Below, piece after piece: positions 37,015 to 49,377 of a stretch of DNA of 64,000 bases. The notes under the pieces are model-generated. The model had not been told where the DNA came from and did not search any database. It saw only the letters and a program-made list of their open reading frames with translations. The position numbers were made by a program, and so were the translations under genes. How positions within the stretch are numbered: the first letter of the stretch is position 1; the number at the start of each line of letters is the position of its first letter. The DNA lies in NCBI RefSeq assembly GCF_963921235.1, contig NC_086097.1, forward strand, positions 12,028,001 to 12,092,000. The letters are read 5' to 3'. The DNA comes from Mobula hypostoma (taxonomy: Eukaryota).

Positions 37015-37420
37015 GAATCACTGGATATTTGGAAAACTAATACCTCCAGAAATCAAGTTTAATCATCTTGGTTCTGCAGGAAGCCAGGTTGTATATTGTA
37101 TCACTGCAATAGTTATTGTACATTTGATGGCTATGTAACAAATGTGCTTTTGGACAACATACTCGAGCTTGAACCATGTAGAATCGAGTTCCTTACAATT
37201 GGCTCTTAACCTCCCAGTGTTCCTTACAATAAACTAAACTCTCCACATATCCTGTCCCCTCCCATCCTTGCAGACTCTCTTTATCTTTGTAAGTTGCATT
37301 CATTTTCGTCACCCTGGGTTAGCCATGTCTCTGTGATTCCTCCGACAAGATAATTATCAGTTGCAAACAATGCCTCAAGTTCAACCACTTTATTCCAAAG
37401 GCTCCTGACAATCCTGCAGT
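37015..37420 (-). mobile_element. Ancient CR1/L2-group APE endonuclease relic
   Basis: Minus strand VRSLWNKVVELEAL...YLVGGITETWL, later ISGGISFPNI (GDFNFPNI-like). Confidence 0.6.
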
Positions 37421-37654
37421 TACGCATCTAATTTTAGTTGTTGTCCCCTTAACCTTCCTGTTTAATTGCCTAGTCTTGATATCTAGGTAACATGATACAC
37501 TTCGGGTTGCTGTATTTCTGGCCCAGTTCTAATCACTTCCATTATCCTGTCTGGTCTTTGAGCCGGCCCTGACCCCGCAAATCCATTCCCCCCACCATCT
37601 CATTTGAAGTATTTCTAGCCTCTGTTTCCATGGAAACGGTATCAGAATGCTTAC

Positions 37655-37925
37655 ATCAGTGGACTAGTGTCTCGAGGCTTGGACTATTGGTCCTGAGATG
37701 TGATCTCAAATTCCTTTACAGCAGAGGGGAATTTTAGATTTGCGTGATTAAGTAAATCAAGGTCGTTTTGTTTAAAAGGCATCTCTTGTTAATGGTGGCC
37801 ATGTCACAACCAAACTATAGCACAGACCTATCCAATTCACAGCTGTAGCTCAGGAAAGATAATTAGCCATTCTGAGCTTGGTCTGCCCTGGTGATTTCAA
37901 ACCCACCAAATGCAATTGGCTCAAT
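37655..37925 (+). mobile_element. Old chondrichthyan SINE relic
   Basis: ggactagt...caaattcc...gcag.ggggaattt...taatggtggccatg...caggaaag; resembles a remembered shark SINE. Confidence 0.45.
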
Positions 37926-38066
37926 GATAGATCCTTAGTCCAGGTACAATCAGAGGCTATTCTATCATCATCATCATCATTATGTGCCTTGTCGTATGAC
38001 GTCGACAATCATGGTCTCATGACCATTGATTGTTCTTGGCAAATTTTTCTACAGAAGTGGTTTGCA

Positions 38067-38290
38067 AACAACAGGAAATCTGCGGATGCTGGAAATTCAA
38101 GCCACACACATAAAAGTTGCTGGTGGATGCAGCAGGCCAGGCAGCATCTCTAGGAAGAGGTGCAGTCGACGTTTCAGGCCAAGACCCTTCGTCAGGACTG
38201 ACTGAAGGAAGAGTGAGTAAGGGATTTGAAAGTTGGAGGGGGAGGGAGAGATCCAAAATGATAGGAGAAGACAGAAGGGGGAGGAATGGA
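38067..38290 (-). mobile_element. Young Penelope-like terminal repeat
   Basis: Flanked by ttgca/ttgca; near-identical to 40425-40620. Confidence 0.8.
38163..38200 (-). ncRNA. Minimal type I hammerhead ribozyme motif
   Basis: Minus strand CAGUC-CUGACGA-A-GGGU(CUUG)GCCU-GAAA-CG-UC-GACUG: stem I, conserved core, stem II, palindromic ACGU helix III, GUC cleavage triplet. Confidence 0.7.
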
Positions 38291-38924
38291 TTGCATTGCC
38301 TTCTTCTGGGCGGTGTCATTACAAGATGGGTGGCCCCAGCCATTAACAATACTTTTCAGGGATTGTCTACCTGACATCACTGGTCGCATAACCAGGACTT
38401 GTGATCTCCACCAGCTGCTCGCATGGCTTCACGTGATCCAGATCGGAGGGCAAGCAGGTGCTACACCTTGCCCAAGGGTGACCAGCAGGCTAGTGGAGGG
38501 AAGGGGCGCCTTACAACTCCTTCGGTAGAGATATATCCCCACTCTGCCACCTATATTCTATACATGAATAAAGAAACAAATGTGCCTTTAAGAGTTTCTG
38601 ATCCCTTCCCTCTTCAAGTATAGCCCTTCTATGCCAACTCCCTGTCACATTATGAGGTCAGCTTTGTCTCCAATTTGACTATCTTCATATATGCCATGCT
38701 TCTGGGATTTTTCCAGCTTGGTAGTACCTAGAACAGCAGTGTGGACCTTTAGGAGCAAAAACTGATGCTGAACTAGATAAGGAGATATTAATCTAGATCC
38801 TGTCATGATGAAGGGTCTCAGCCCAATATGATTATTTCTTTCCATAGATGCTGCCTGACCTGCTTAAGGTCCTGCAGCATTTTGTGTGTTATTATTGATC
38901 CAGATATCTCTGATAAACAGTATG

Positions 38925-39388
38925 AGGTGTGGCAGCTACTGCACAAGTTTGAAATAAGTTGCAGAGAGTTGCAAACTTAGCTCCGTCATGGAAACTAGAC
39001 TCCATAGTATTTAGGATACCTTCAAGGAGTGATGCCTCAAAAAGGCCGCATCCATCATTTCAGCCCTCCATCACCTAGGACATGCCTTGTTCTCACTGTT
39101 ACCATCAGGAAGGAAGTACAGAAGCCTGAATTCACACACTCGGTGATTCAGGAACAGCTTCTTCCCCTCTGCCATACAATTTCAGAATGGACATTGAACC
39201 CATGGATACTACCTCACTACCTTTTTACAGTATTTTAATCTTTTCACTACATATTTACTTTAACTATTTTATATATTTATACTTACTGTAATTCACAGTT
39301 TTTCGGTGTTATGTATTGCATTGCACTGTAGCTGCAAAGACAACAAATTTCACAACATATGCTGGTGATATTAAACCTGATTTTGATA
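38925..39388 (+). mobile_element. Rex1/Babar-type 3' fragment
   Basis: Homologous to 19735-20262. Confidence 0.7.
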
Positions 39389-39679
39389 AATTCCACCAGG
39401 CTCGGCATTCCTGCATGAAGATGGAAAGTCCAGAACTCACTAGTTGAGCCATGTCATCAATTTGCTGACTGTAATTGTTCATGATATTCCCTGAAATGTG
39501 GCTAAAATCTCACAGAGTGTATTGGAGCATGGCCAACACTTTTCAGATACAAGGCTACACTTCTACTCAACAGTCACCTTTTGGTTAACTACTGACACAG
39601 TAAGCACAAGTGTGAACATCTCAGGTTTTAATCTGGTATATTCTGAACTCTTTGGAAATGAGCTGGGGAGAGAATATCG

Positions 39680-39975
39680 CCACAGTACTGTAGTGGTTAG
39701 CACAACGCTATTACAGCTTGGGGCTTTGGAATTTAGAGTTCAATTCTGGCGTCCTGTATAAAAAGGTTAGCATGTGCGCGTAGGTTTCTTCTGGGTGCTC
39801 CAGTTTTCTCCTACTGTCCAAAGACATATCGCTTAGTAGGTTAATTGGTCATTGTAAATTGTCCTATGATTAGGCTAGGGTTAAATCAGTGGCTTGCTGG
39901 GCAGCACAGTTTGAAGGGCTGGAAGGGTTTGTTCCGTGTTATATCTCTAAGTAAATAAAAATGAATAAATAAATT
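39680..39975 (+). mobile_element. V-SINE copy
   Basis: tRNA-like head, V-domain, (taaa)n tail. Confidence 0.75.
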
Positions 39976-40424
39976 TCTCTCTGCTTGCCATGCTATTATA
40001 GTCCTTCTACTTTGTGTTGTAGTCCACCTCTACTATCTTTTCAGTGCACATTAAAGTTTGTTTTATCACTGACATTTTCGAGTTGTAATGGCAGGATATT
40101 GACTTGAAAAATAAAGTCTGTTCCTCTCTCCACAGGTGCTGTCTGACCTGTTGAGTATTTCTTGACCTTACGGTTTTATCTATGATGTGGCCACTAAGCA
40201 GGTGTTACACCCTGCCTAAAGTTGACCTGCAGGCTAGTAAAGGGAAAGAGAACCTTCCACTTCCTTTGGTAGAGAGGTATCTTGTCTGCCACCCAAATCC
40301 ATAGGCATTGATAAACTTTAAACCATTACGTAGATCTGCATACTTCATTGGCACACACAAGGAGATGGTTAAGATTGGAGGAAGAAGGACTGAAAGTCAG
40401 AAATAGAGACAGGTATGTTCATTC

Positions 40425-40772
40425 AACCAACACACATCAAAGTTGCTGGTGAACGCAGCAGGCCAGGCAGCATCTCTAGGAAGAGGTACAGTCGACGTTT
40501 CGGGCCGAGATCCTTTGTCAGGACTAACTGAAGGAAGAGTGAGTAAGGGATTTGAAAGTGGGAGGGGGAGGGGGAGATCCAAAATGATAAGAGAAGACAG
40601 GAGGGGGAGGGATGGAGCCAAGAGCTGGACAGGTGATTGGCAAAAGGGATATGAGAGGATCATGGGACAGGAGGCCCAGGGTGAAGGAAAAGGGGGAGGG
40701 GGGGAAAACCCAGAGGATGGGCAAGGGGTATAGTGAGAGGGACAGAGGGAGAAAAAGGAGAGAGAGAGAAAG
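40425..40772 (-). mobile_element. Penelope-like terminal repeat and 3'UTR
   Basis: Hammerhead motif at 40489-40526 with core CUGACAA (G8 lost). Confidence 0.8.
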
Positions 40773-41344
40773 AATGCTCATTGTCATTGTATGTTCATTG
40801 TCACTTTTGGTGGAAAAGACTAAAGAGGAAGCTACTGTATATCTGGAAACATGAACTTGTGCAGTTAAAAATGGGGAACATAAAGCTAAAAGAAAATCAT
40901 GAATGAGAAAAAGTGAAAATAACAATTTAATTTTAGTCTGTCAATAAAATAAAAATTTTATTGAGGAAGAAATAATTAGTTTAACACTGAGGTACTAATG
41001 TATTGCTTACATACATGTGTGTGAGTAATAATTTCACTTGAATTACTTTGTCTATAAAGTCGGAGAAAGGGATGGGGATGCTCAGTGTGTTGGAAGTTTA
41101 TGGCAAGAATATCTGACAAGCCAGTAATCTTCCAGACAATTGTATGAAGGATCCTAACACATTTCTAGCTGTGAAGAATCTGAAGCTAAGATCCACATCA
41201 TATGACAAATACAAACCTACTGACCCAGTTCATGGAAAGGTCAAGGAGATGATCACCAAAGAGGTTCTCCTCTGCTTTGATTAAGTTGTCTATAAATAAC
41301 CACTACTTTGCATATAGTACTAACAGAATAAATGCTATGAAGAT

Positions 41345-41790
41345 GTTGCTGATGTTTGACCAATTTAAGCGCTGGGCCAGGCTGTAAAGGTTGTATATGA
41401 GCTGAATTGAGATGGCGGGTCCTGGGCATAAGAGTGTATCGAAGCGGCAAGGCCTGGATTGAAGAGCAAGGAACAACCTGCCGTTTGACTGAGTTAGGCA
41501 TGGGGCCAGATTGAAAAGGTCTGGGTGTCGTGGCCGGAGCAGGGGGACAGGTATTCATCTCAATGCTCACAAGGTTTGCCTGTCTCTGCACTGAACTGAC
41601 ATGGTGGCCTGCATCTAAACGGCTGTGACTGGTTTTGTGGCTGTGGACTCACTTTCATGAACTTTAGATCTGAATGTCATTTGCTTACTTTTATTGTTTT
41701 TATGGTTTCTTTTTTTTTCCTGTACATTGGGTGTTTGACGGTCTTTTTTTAAAATGGGATCTATTCTTTGTTTTGTGGCTGCCTGTAAGG
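41345..41790 (+). mobile_element. Non-coding element related to 31680-32385
   Basis: gggccagattgaaaaggtc..ggtgtc and Rex-type tail shared. Confidence 0.5.
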
Positions 41791-42169
41791 AAACTGTTGG
41801 CCAGAAAGGATGACAATCTACAAATCAGAGAATTCAGATGAATCAAGGACAGTGGAAGCAGACAGACTAATTGTCTTTGTCCTTGCCACATGCTTGGGGA
41901 TGGAGGCTGCCATTTTGTGAAGATACTCTATTCTCCATTTTGTGAGCTTGACATGCTGGGCTTGATCAATGTTTTAAAGAAGATACGATGATACTTCAGG
42001 TAATCTGCCGCACTGGAGATCATTTCCAAATAAGAAGTTATTTGTGAGACGTTCTTTGGCTGGCTATAATGTGCAGGTTTGTGAATATTGGGGTTGGTGC
42101 CTGCCTGGAATGACTCGAGCTCTTTGCTGATTGAGAACAAAGAGCTATAAATAAGGAACTGTCCTGACA

Positions 42170-42640
42170 GAATCAAAATGGGAATCTGGTTTATTATCAC
42201 TGGCATATGTCCTGAAATGTGTTGTTTTGTGACAGCAGTGCAATACAAAACATAGAAGAATTACTATAACTCACAATAAGAAATATTAAAAACATGAATA
42301 TGTAGAGCTCAAAGAGAGCAAGATGGTAAGGTAGTATTCATGGGTTCAGAGACTGTTCAGAAATCAGATGACTGAAGAGAAGAAGCAGTTCTTAATGCAT
42401 CTTTGGCTCTCTGATGGTTGTAATGAGAAGAGGGTATGTCCTGGATGTTACACGTCCTTAGTGATGAATGGCATCTTCATGAGGCATTGCCTTTTGAAGA
42501 TGGGGAGAGTAGTGCCCATGATGGAGTTGGCTGAGTTTGCAAACCTCTGCAGCTTTATCCAATCCTGAGCATTGGTTCCCCCCCCCCCCATACCAGCTGT
42601 GAAGCACTCAGTTAGAATGCTCTCCATGGTACTTCTATAG
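42170..42640 (-). mobile_element. Rex1/Babar-type 3' fragment
   Basis: Homologous to 3426-3800. Confidence 0.7.
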
Positions 42641-44320
42641 ATATTTAAAATATTTCAGGTGGAGATAGATAAATATTTGAAGGGTTATATGGAGCTGGCA
42701 CAGCAAAGAAGTTGAAACAAGTGTAGATCAGCCATGAATTGAAGGAAACACTCAATAGTTTATGTGGCATCTATGGAGAGAAAAGCAGTTAATATTTTAG
42801 GGCAAAGTCCCTTCATTAGAATCCTTTCACTTTCCACAGATGCTTCCTGGATCGCTGGGTCTTTTCAGCACTTTCTCTTTTTATTTCAGGTTTCCAGCAT
42901 CTGCAGGTTTTGATTTCAGTTTCCTTTTCTCTCTGCTGTCCAAGTATAAGAAACAATAAATAACCAGTCCTTGCTGTAATGTTGAATGAGTTTTCTGAGT
43001 TCTTCTGTCTGGCCAGAGCATTGTCCTGGACTGCTATTGCACGCATTTGTCGAAGTCTGTGTATTAACATATTTCATCTGTTTGAACTCTTTCTACATCA
43101 GCTCCATGCAGTATATCAGTAGAGTTCCTGACTTATTTTGAAACACATTTACAAATGTTAATGAAGATGTTTGGTATTTATGGCTGACCCATGCTGTTTT
43201 TTTGTTTTCACTGTGCATTTGGCTTATGTTAGCTGAATTGCCTTGTATGAAAAAAAAGAGCTAATGTAGGCCAATACATTAATAATTGTCTTAATGGACG
43301 GGGTTAGATGGAGCCTGTTTAATGATATAATTTATACATTGATGTTTGCCTTGTGTGCATGAAGCCGACACCAGCCATCAGATCTGAAGTCAAATTACCC
43401 ATGAGTAATAGTGTGTTACAGTAACAAATTACCACAGTCATTTTAAAATCATTTTATCTTGATGGAATTTCAAATCAGTAAATTGTGCACATTTAAAGGT
43501 TGCTGTCGGTACAATTTGCTCTGTCGGTACTCTTTGCTCTCCATACTATTTATTCTGTCAGTATTGTTTTCCATGTCTGTACTATTTTCTATACTATGCC
43601 AGTATTATTTCCAGTGGTGGTGTTAGTTCAGAATGAACTATTGACCAGGGCAGGGGAGAGACCCTTAGCTGGTAAGTGCAGAGGGTGATGGCAGAGATCT
43701 GGGACCTTCTCCTCTGCCTGTGCCCCAAAGGTAGTGGAGAATACAGCTGACACTATATTCACAAGAGCTTCCTACTGGCCAACAGAAGATCCACATACCT
43801 TTGTAATATACAAATAAGGTTCTGTAGTGTATCTCGAGGCCCTCACTGTAAACATAAAGTCATTGTTATAGAGAAGTAGAGCACAGAGACAGGGTCTTCA
43901 GCCCATCTAGTCCTTGTGTATTCAAACGTGATTCAATTTCCTGAGAAGGTGACAAAGTTAATTGATAAAAGTAGGACAGTGGAAGGTTGTTTACATGGGT
44001 GTTAGTAATGACTTCAACAGTTTCCCTCATTTTACCTTGGTCCAGAAGACTTAAGTCACCATAGGATTCATGGTGAGTTGACAAGCTGGATACCAAATTG
44101 GTTTGATCAATGAAGGCAAATGATAGTGGTGAAGATGGTGTACTTCTGATCGGAAGTCTGTGACCTGTGGTGTTCCACAATGATCAGATATGGGACTTCC
44201 ATTTGTAATATACATGAATAAGTTGGAGGAAAATACAGGTGGTCTGATTATTAAGTTTGCAGATGATGAAAGAATGATGGCATTTTGGATAGTGAAGAAG
44301 ATTGTCAAAGGTTACAGCAA

Positions 44321-44810
44321 CATTTCACAAGAATGATTCCAGGAATGAAAGGGCTACCATATGAGGGACATCTGGCAGCTCTTGGGCTGTATTCCCTGGA
44401 GTTCAGGAAAATGAGGGATGATCTCATAGAAACATTCCGAATGTTAAAAGGCCTGAACAAATTAGATATGGCAAAGTTATTTCCCATGGTAAGGGAGTCT
44501 AGGACAAGAGGACACGACTTCAGGATTGAAGGATGTCCATTTAGAACAGAGATGTGGAGAAATTACTTTAGTCAGAGGGTGGTAAATCTGTGGAATTTGT
44601 GGCCATGAGCAGCTGTGGCCAAGTCATTGGGTGCATTTAAGGCCGAGATAGATATGTTCTTGATTAGCCAGCGTATCAAAGGGTATGGAGAGAAGGCAGG
44701 GGAGTAGGGATGACTGGAAGAATTGGATCAGCCCATGATTGAATGGAGGAGCAGACTTGATGGGCCGAATGGCCCACTTCTGCTTTTACATCTTTTAGTT
44801 ATGGTCTTAT
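44321..44810 (+). mobile_element. CR1 3' end
   Basis: FTRMIPGMKGLPYE...RTRGH...YFSQRVVNLWN. Confidence 0.9.
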
Positions 44811-44998
44811 AGATATAGATCAGTTGGAAATTTGGTTGTAGAAATGGGATTTAATCTAGACAAATATGAGGTGTTGCCTTTTGGGAAGTCAATAGTGAGA
44901 GTAAAGTATTCAATATAAGGCAGGATCTTTAGGAGTACAAATGTACCAAAGGATCTTAGGCTGCAACTCCATTATTTCCTGTAAATGGATAGGGAAGC

Positions 44999-45388
44999 CA
45001 TCATCATCATTATCATCATTATGAGCTGTGTCATATGATGCGGGCGATCATGCTCTTATGACCATGATTGGTCTTCACAAATGTTCCTGCAGATGTGGTT
45101 TGCCATTGCCTTCTTCTGCACAGTGTCTTTACAAAATGAATGATCCCAGCCATTATCAATACTCTTCAGAGTTTGTTTGCCTGGCATTAGTGGTCATATA
45201 ATCAGGACTTGTGATATGCACTAGTTGCTCATACAACTATCCACCAGCTGCTCCCATGGCTTCACGTGACCCTGACTAGGGGGCTAGGCAGGTGTTACAC
45301 CTTGCCTAAGGGTGACCTGCAGTCTAGCAGGGGGAAGGAGCACCTTACACCTCGTCTGGTAGAGACGTAACTCCACCCCGCCTCTCGA
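44999..45388 (-). mobile_element. Family B SINE
   Basis: Homologous to 37966-38553. Confidence 0.75.
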
Positions 45389-45648
45389 TGGGTGGGTATA
45401 AAAGTTGACAAATCATGTTGCTACTGTAGAAATCTTTGGTTAGGCTAAATTAAAGGTTTTGTACAGTTCTGGTATCCACATTAGAGCAGAGATATAGAGG
45501 TTTTGAAAAGGGTGCAGAAGAGGTTCATCAGTTTATTCTTCAATTGGTGTGCGTTAGTGTTAAGGATTGTGTGAAGCTGAATGGTGGAGGCTAGATAGAC
45601 AGTCTTTTTCCAGAGGAGGAAATGTTAAATATCTGAGGGTACAGACTC

Positions 45649-47366
45649 AGAAACATAGAGAAACACTGAAAACCTACAGCACAATACAGGCCCTTTGGCC
45701 CACAAAGCTGTGCTGAACATGTCCTTACCTTAGAAATTACCTAGGATTACCTACAGCCCTCTATTTTTCTGAGCTCCATGTACCTGTCCAGGAGTCTTTA
45801 AAAGACCCTATCGTATACACCTCCACCATTGTCGCCGGCAGCCCATTCCACGCACTCACCACTCTCTGCATAAAAAAATTACTCCAGATATCCCCTCTGA
45901 ACCTACTCCCAAGCACGTTAAGACTGTGCCCTCTTGTGCTAGCTATTTCAGCCCTGGGAAAAAGCCTCTGACTAACCACATGATCAATGCCTCTCATCAT
46001 CTTATACACCTCTATCAGGTCACCTCTCATCCTCTGTCGCTCCAAGGAAAAAAGGCAAAGTTCACTCAATCTCTTCTCATAAGGCATGCTCCCCAATCCA
46101 GGCAACATCCTTGTAAATTTCCTCTGCACCCTTTCTATGGTTTTCACATCCTTCCTATAGTGAGGCGACCAGAACTGAGCACAGTACTCCAAGTGGGGTC
46201 TGACCAGGGTCCTATATAGCTGCAACATTACCCCTCGGTTCCTAAACTCAGTCCCACAGTTGATTAAGACCAACGCACCATATGCTTTCTGAACCGCAGA
46301 GTCAACCTGCACAGCAGCTTTGAGTGTCCTATGGACTCGACCCCAAGATCCCTCTGATCCTCCACACTGCCAAGAGTCTTACCGTTAATATTATATTCTG
46401 TCCTCATTTTTGACCTACCAAAATTAACCACCTCACGCTTATCTGGGTTGAACTCCACCTGCCACTTCTTAGCCCAGTTTTGCATCCTATCAATGTCCTG
46501 CTGTAACCTCTGACAGCCCTCCACACCACCCACAGCACCTCTAACCTCTGTGTCATCAGGAAATTTATGAACCTATCCCTCCACTTCTTCATCCAGGTCA
46601 TTTATAAAAAACACAAAGAGTAGGGGTCCCAGAACAGATCCCTGAAGCACACCACTGATCACCGACCTCCATGCAGAATATGACCTGTCTACAGCCACTC
46701 TTTGCCTTCTGTGGGCAAGCCAGTTCTGGATCCACAAAGCAATGTCCTCTTGGATCCTGTGCCTCCTTACTTTATCAGTAAGCCTGGTATGGGGTACTTT
46801 GTCAAATGCCTTGCTGAAGTCCATATACACTACATCTACTGCTCTACCTTCATCAATGTGTTTAGTCACACCCTCAAAAAATTCAACAGGCTCGTAAGGC
46901 ACAACCTGCCTTTGACAAAGCCATGCTGACTGAAGACATCCGTTAGTCTTGCGAGACCATGGATCTGCGCCTGGAAAGTCTTCACTCTCCAGGGCGCAGG
47001 CCTGGGCAAGGTTGTATGGAAGACTGGCAGTTGCCCATGCTACAAGTCTCCCCTCTCCACGACGCCGATGTTGTCCAAGGGAAGGGCATTAGGACCCATA
47101 CAGCTTGGCACCAGTGTCGTCGCAGAGCAATGTGTGATTAAGTGCCTTGCTCAAGGACACAACATGCTGGCTCGGCTGGGGCTCGAACTCACGACCTTCA
47201 GATCGCTAGTCGAACGCCTTAACCACTTGGCCACGTGCCTACACATATGCTGACTATTCCTATTTATATTATGCCTCTCCAAATGTTCATAAATCCTGCC
47301 CCTCAGGAACTTCTCCATCAGCTTACCAACCACTGAAGCAAGACTCACTGGTCTATAATTTCCTGG
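45649..47366 (-). mobile_element. 5'-truncated CR1 (RT to tail)
   Basis: [54 protein letters not shown]. Confidence 0.95.
46932..47246 (-). mobile_element. tRNA-derived SINE (family A)
   Basis: 9-bp TSD atgctgact (46923-46931, 47247-47255). Confidence 0.9.
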
Positions 47367-48524
47367 TCTATAATTTAAGTTGAAGATGTTGAAAGGGGTG
47401 GTGGTGAAATCCAATGATATATGGAGATGTATGAAACATTTTTTTTTACACAGGTTTCTAACTGCATTGGTTACACTATCAGGAAGTGTTAGAAGCAGAT
47501 ACAATATTAACAGTTTTTAGACGTTTAGAGAGATTCCTGAACAGGCAGGGAGCAGAGGAATACAGACCATGTATAGGCAGTTTAGTTTCGTTAATTTGCC
47601 ATCATGGTTGGGGCAGATGTACTGGGATGAAGGCTTGTTCCTGGGGTGTACTGGTTTATGTATGTTCTTTGTTCGTGAGTTTTGGAGCTGCAACTGAAGA
47701 ATCCTTGGGAAATTGGTGTATTGCCTCCGATGTGAGCTGAATGAATGAATGTCTGGTGGGTAGGATGACAATCAAGCAGTTCCTTTTGCTCTAGATGATT
47801 TCCAGGGCTGCATTTCTCCAGGTATGTGAAAAACAAATGAGTTTAGGAGCAGGATTAGGCTACTCAACCCTCCAAGCCTGGCCTACCTTTCAATATGAGC
47901 TACCCCAGGCCTCATTTCCTCTTCTGTATTGGTTCCCAACAGACTTCAATTCCTTGAATTTTTCGAAAATGTGTTTAATTCACCTTTAAAGACTCCTTAC
48001 GATCTTGTCTTTACAGCCTAACTAGCAAGTATTCCCTTACATCTCTGATGTTTCTTGTAGATCATAGAAAGGGTATGTAAGGAGATAAGTGACTCTCTAC
48101 AGAACACCCACATCTAACGTAGTCTTGTAGCTATAAATTTACAAGACCAGCCCAATAAGGTCTCTGATTCTGAATCTGTGGATTTTTTCCTCCTAATCCC
48201 TATCTTGTCCAAGTTTAAAACTGCAAGCATTAAATATTAAGGAGTGATTAATAGAGTCACCTCATGTCATCTCGGTTCTAAGATTATTCAGCTATTTGTT
48301 ATGAATTACACTTGCTAGCTACTTGGGTGAGGCAGTGTAACAGAGCAAAGGTGGATAGCTGAAAATGGAAGGGGGTGCTCATTGCCTTTCTGGCCAACCT
48401 TTTGTTTTGCACCTTCTCTGAACTTGAACTTGTCTGCACTTCATTTCCTATCTCATCCTATTCATGCATCTTCCTCTATGAACACTGGGCCACATTCTCC
48501 CCTGATCCTGAAATACTTTGAGTT

Positions 48525-49180
48525 TCACACACAAACAGCTGGAGGAACTCAGCAGGTTCAGGCAGCATCTATGGAGGGGAATAAGCAGTCGATGTTTATC
48601 ACATCAGGATTGGAAAGGAAGGGGGCAAAAGAACGTTAGTTCCGACTCAGTGGGAGAAGCAGTATCTCATATTCCATCTGGGTAGCCTTCATCAGGACTG
48701 ATAACATGAACATTGATTTCCCTAACTTACAGTAATTTCTCCAATCTCACCCCCTTCTCTCTTTTTACATTCCTCATTCTGGTTACCCTCTAACCCCTTC
48801 TCTTCTCCTCACCTGTCCACTACTTCCCTTTGGTTCCCTTCTTCCCTTTATTCCATTGTCCATTGGCCTCTCCTATTAGACTCCTTTTTCTTGAGCCCTC
48901 TAACTCTTCCACCTATCACTTCCCAGCTTCTTATCCCCCCCTCCGCCCACCTTCCCTCTCACCTATCTGTACATATCACCTGCCAGCTTGTACTCCTTCC
49001 TCTATCCCACCTTCTTATTCTTGCTTTTGCCCACTTCATTTCCAGTCCTGATGAAGGAATTCAAAAAAATCAAGCAACATCTATAGAGGAGAATAAACAG
49101 TTGACACTTAGACAGAGTTCTTCCAGCATTTTGAGTGTGTTGCTCAAGATTTCCAGTGTCTGCAGAATCTCTTGTATCTG
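48525..49180. mobile_element. Penelope-like element: inverted end, GIY-YIG C-terminus, 3'UTR and terminal repeat
   Basis: 48650-48735 EKQYLIFHLGSL...MNIDFPN; pyrimidine tract; cagtcctgatgaagg at 49043. Confidence 0.75.
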
Positions 49181-49183
49181 TGC

Positions 49184-49263
49184 CAGTGGTTTCCAACCTG
49201 GGGTCGACAGACCCCTTAGCATAACGGTATTGATCCATGGCGTAAAAAAGGTTGGGACTCCTG
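49184..49263. mobile_element. hAT-type MITE
   Basis: TIRs; flanks atctgtgc/gtctatgc. Confidence 0.8.
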
Positions 49264-49377
49264 GTCTATGCCTTGAGATTCACTATTTTACTCTCTAAAA
49301 TTACATTAAATCTATCAACCATTCTACTTCTCTCTTCTCCATTAAGTTTTCCTAAGGCTGAAGGGTGAAAAATTTAC

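Larger units (their letters stand above)
37966..38553 (-). mobile_element. SINE with RTE/BovB-like tail (family B), split by a PLE copy
   Basis: (TGA)n tail, ggcaatg..aaaccacttc; TSD tattctat (37958-37965, 38554-38561); homologous to 44999-45388. Confidence 0.75.
43920..47670 (+). mobile_element. Old CR1 RT/3' region fragmented by younger insertions
   Basis: Collinear pieces 43920-44320, 44811-44998, 45389-45648, 47370-47670 (GVPQ.S..G, KFADDE, tail). Confidence 0.7.
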
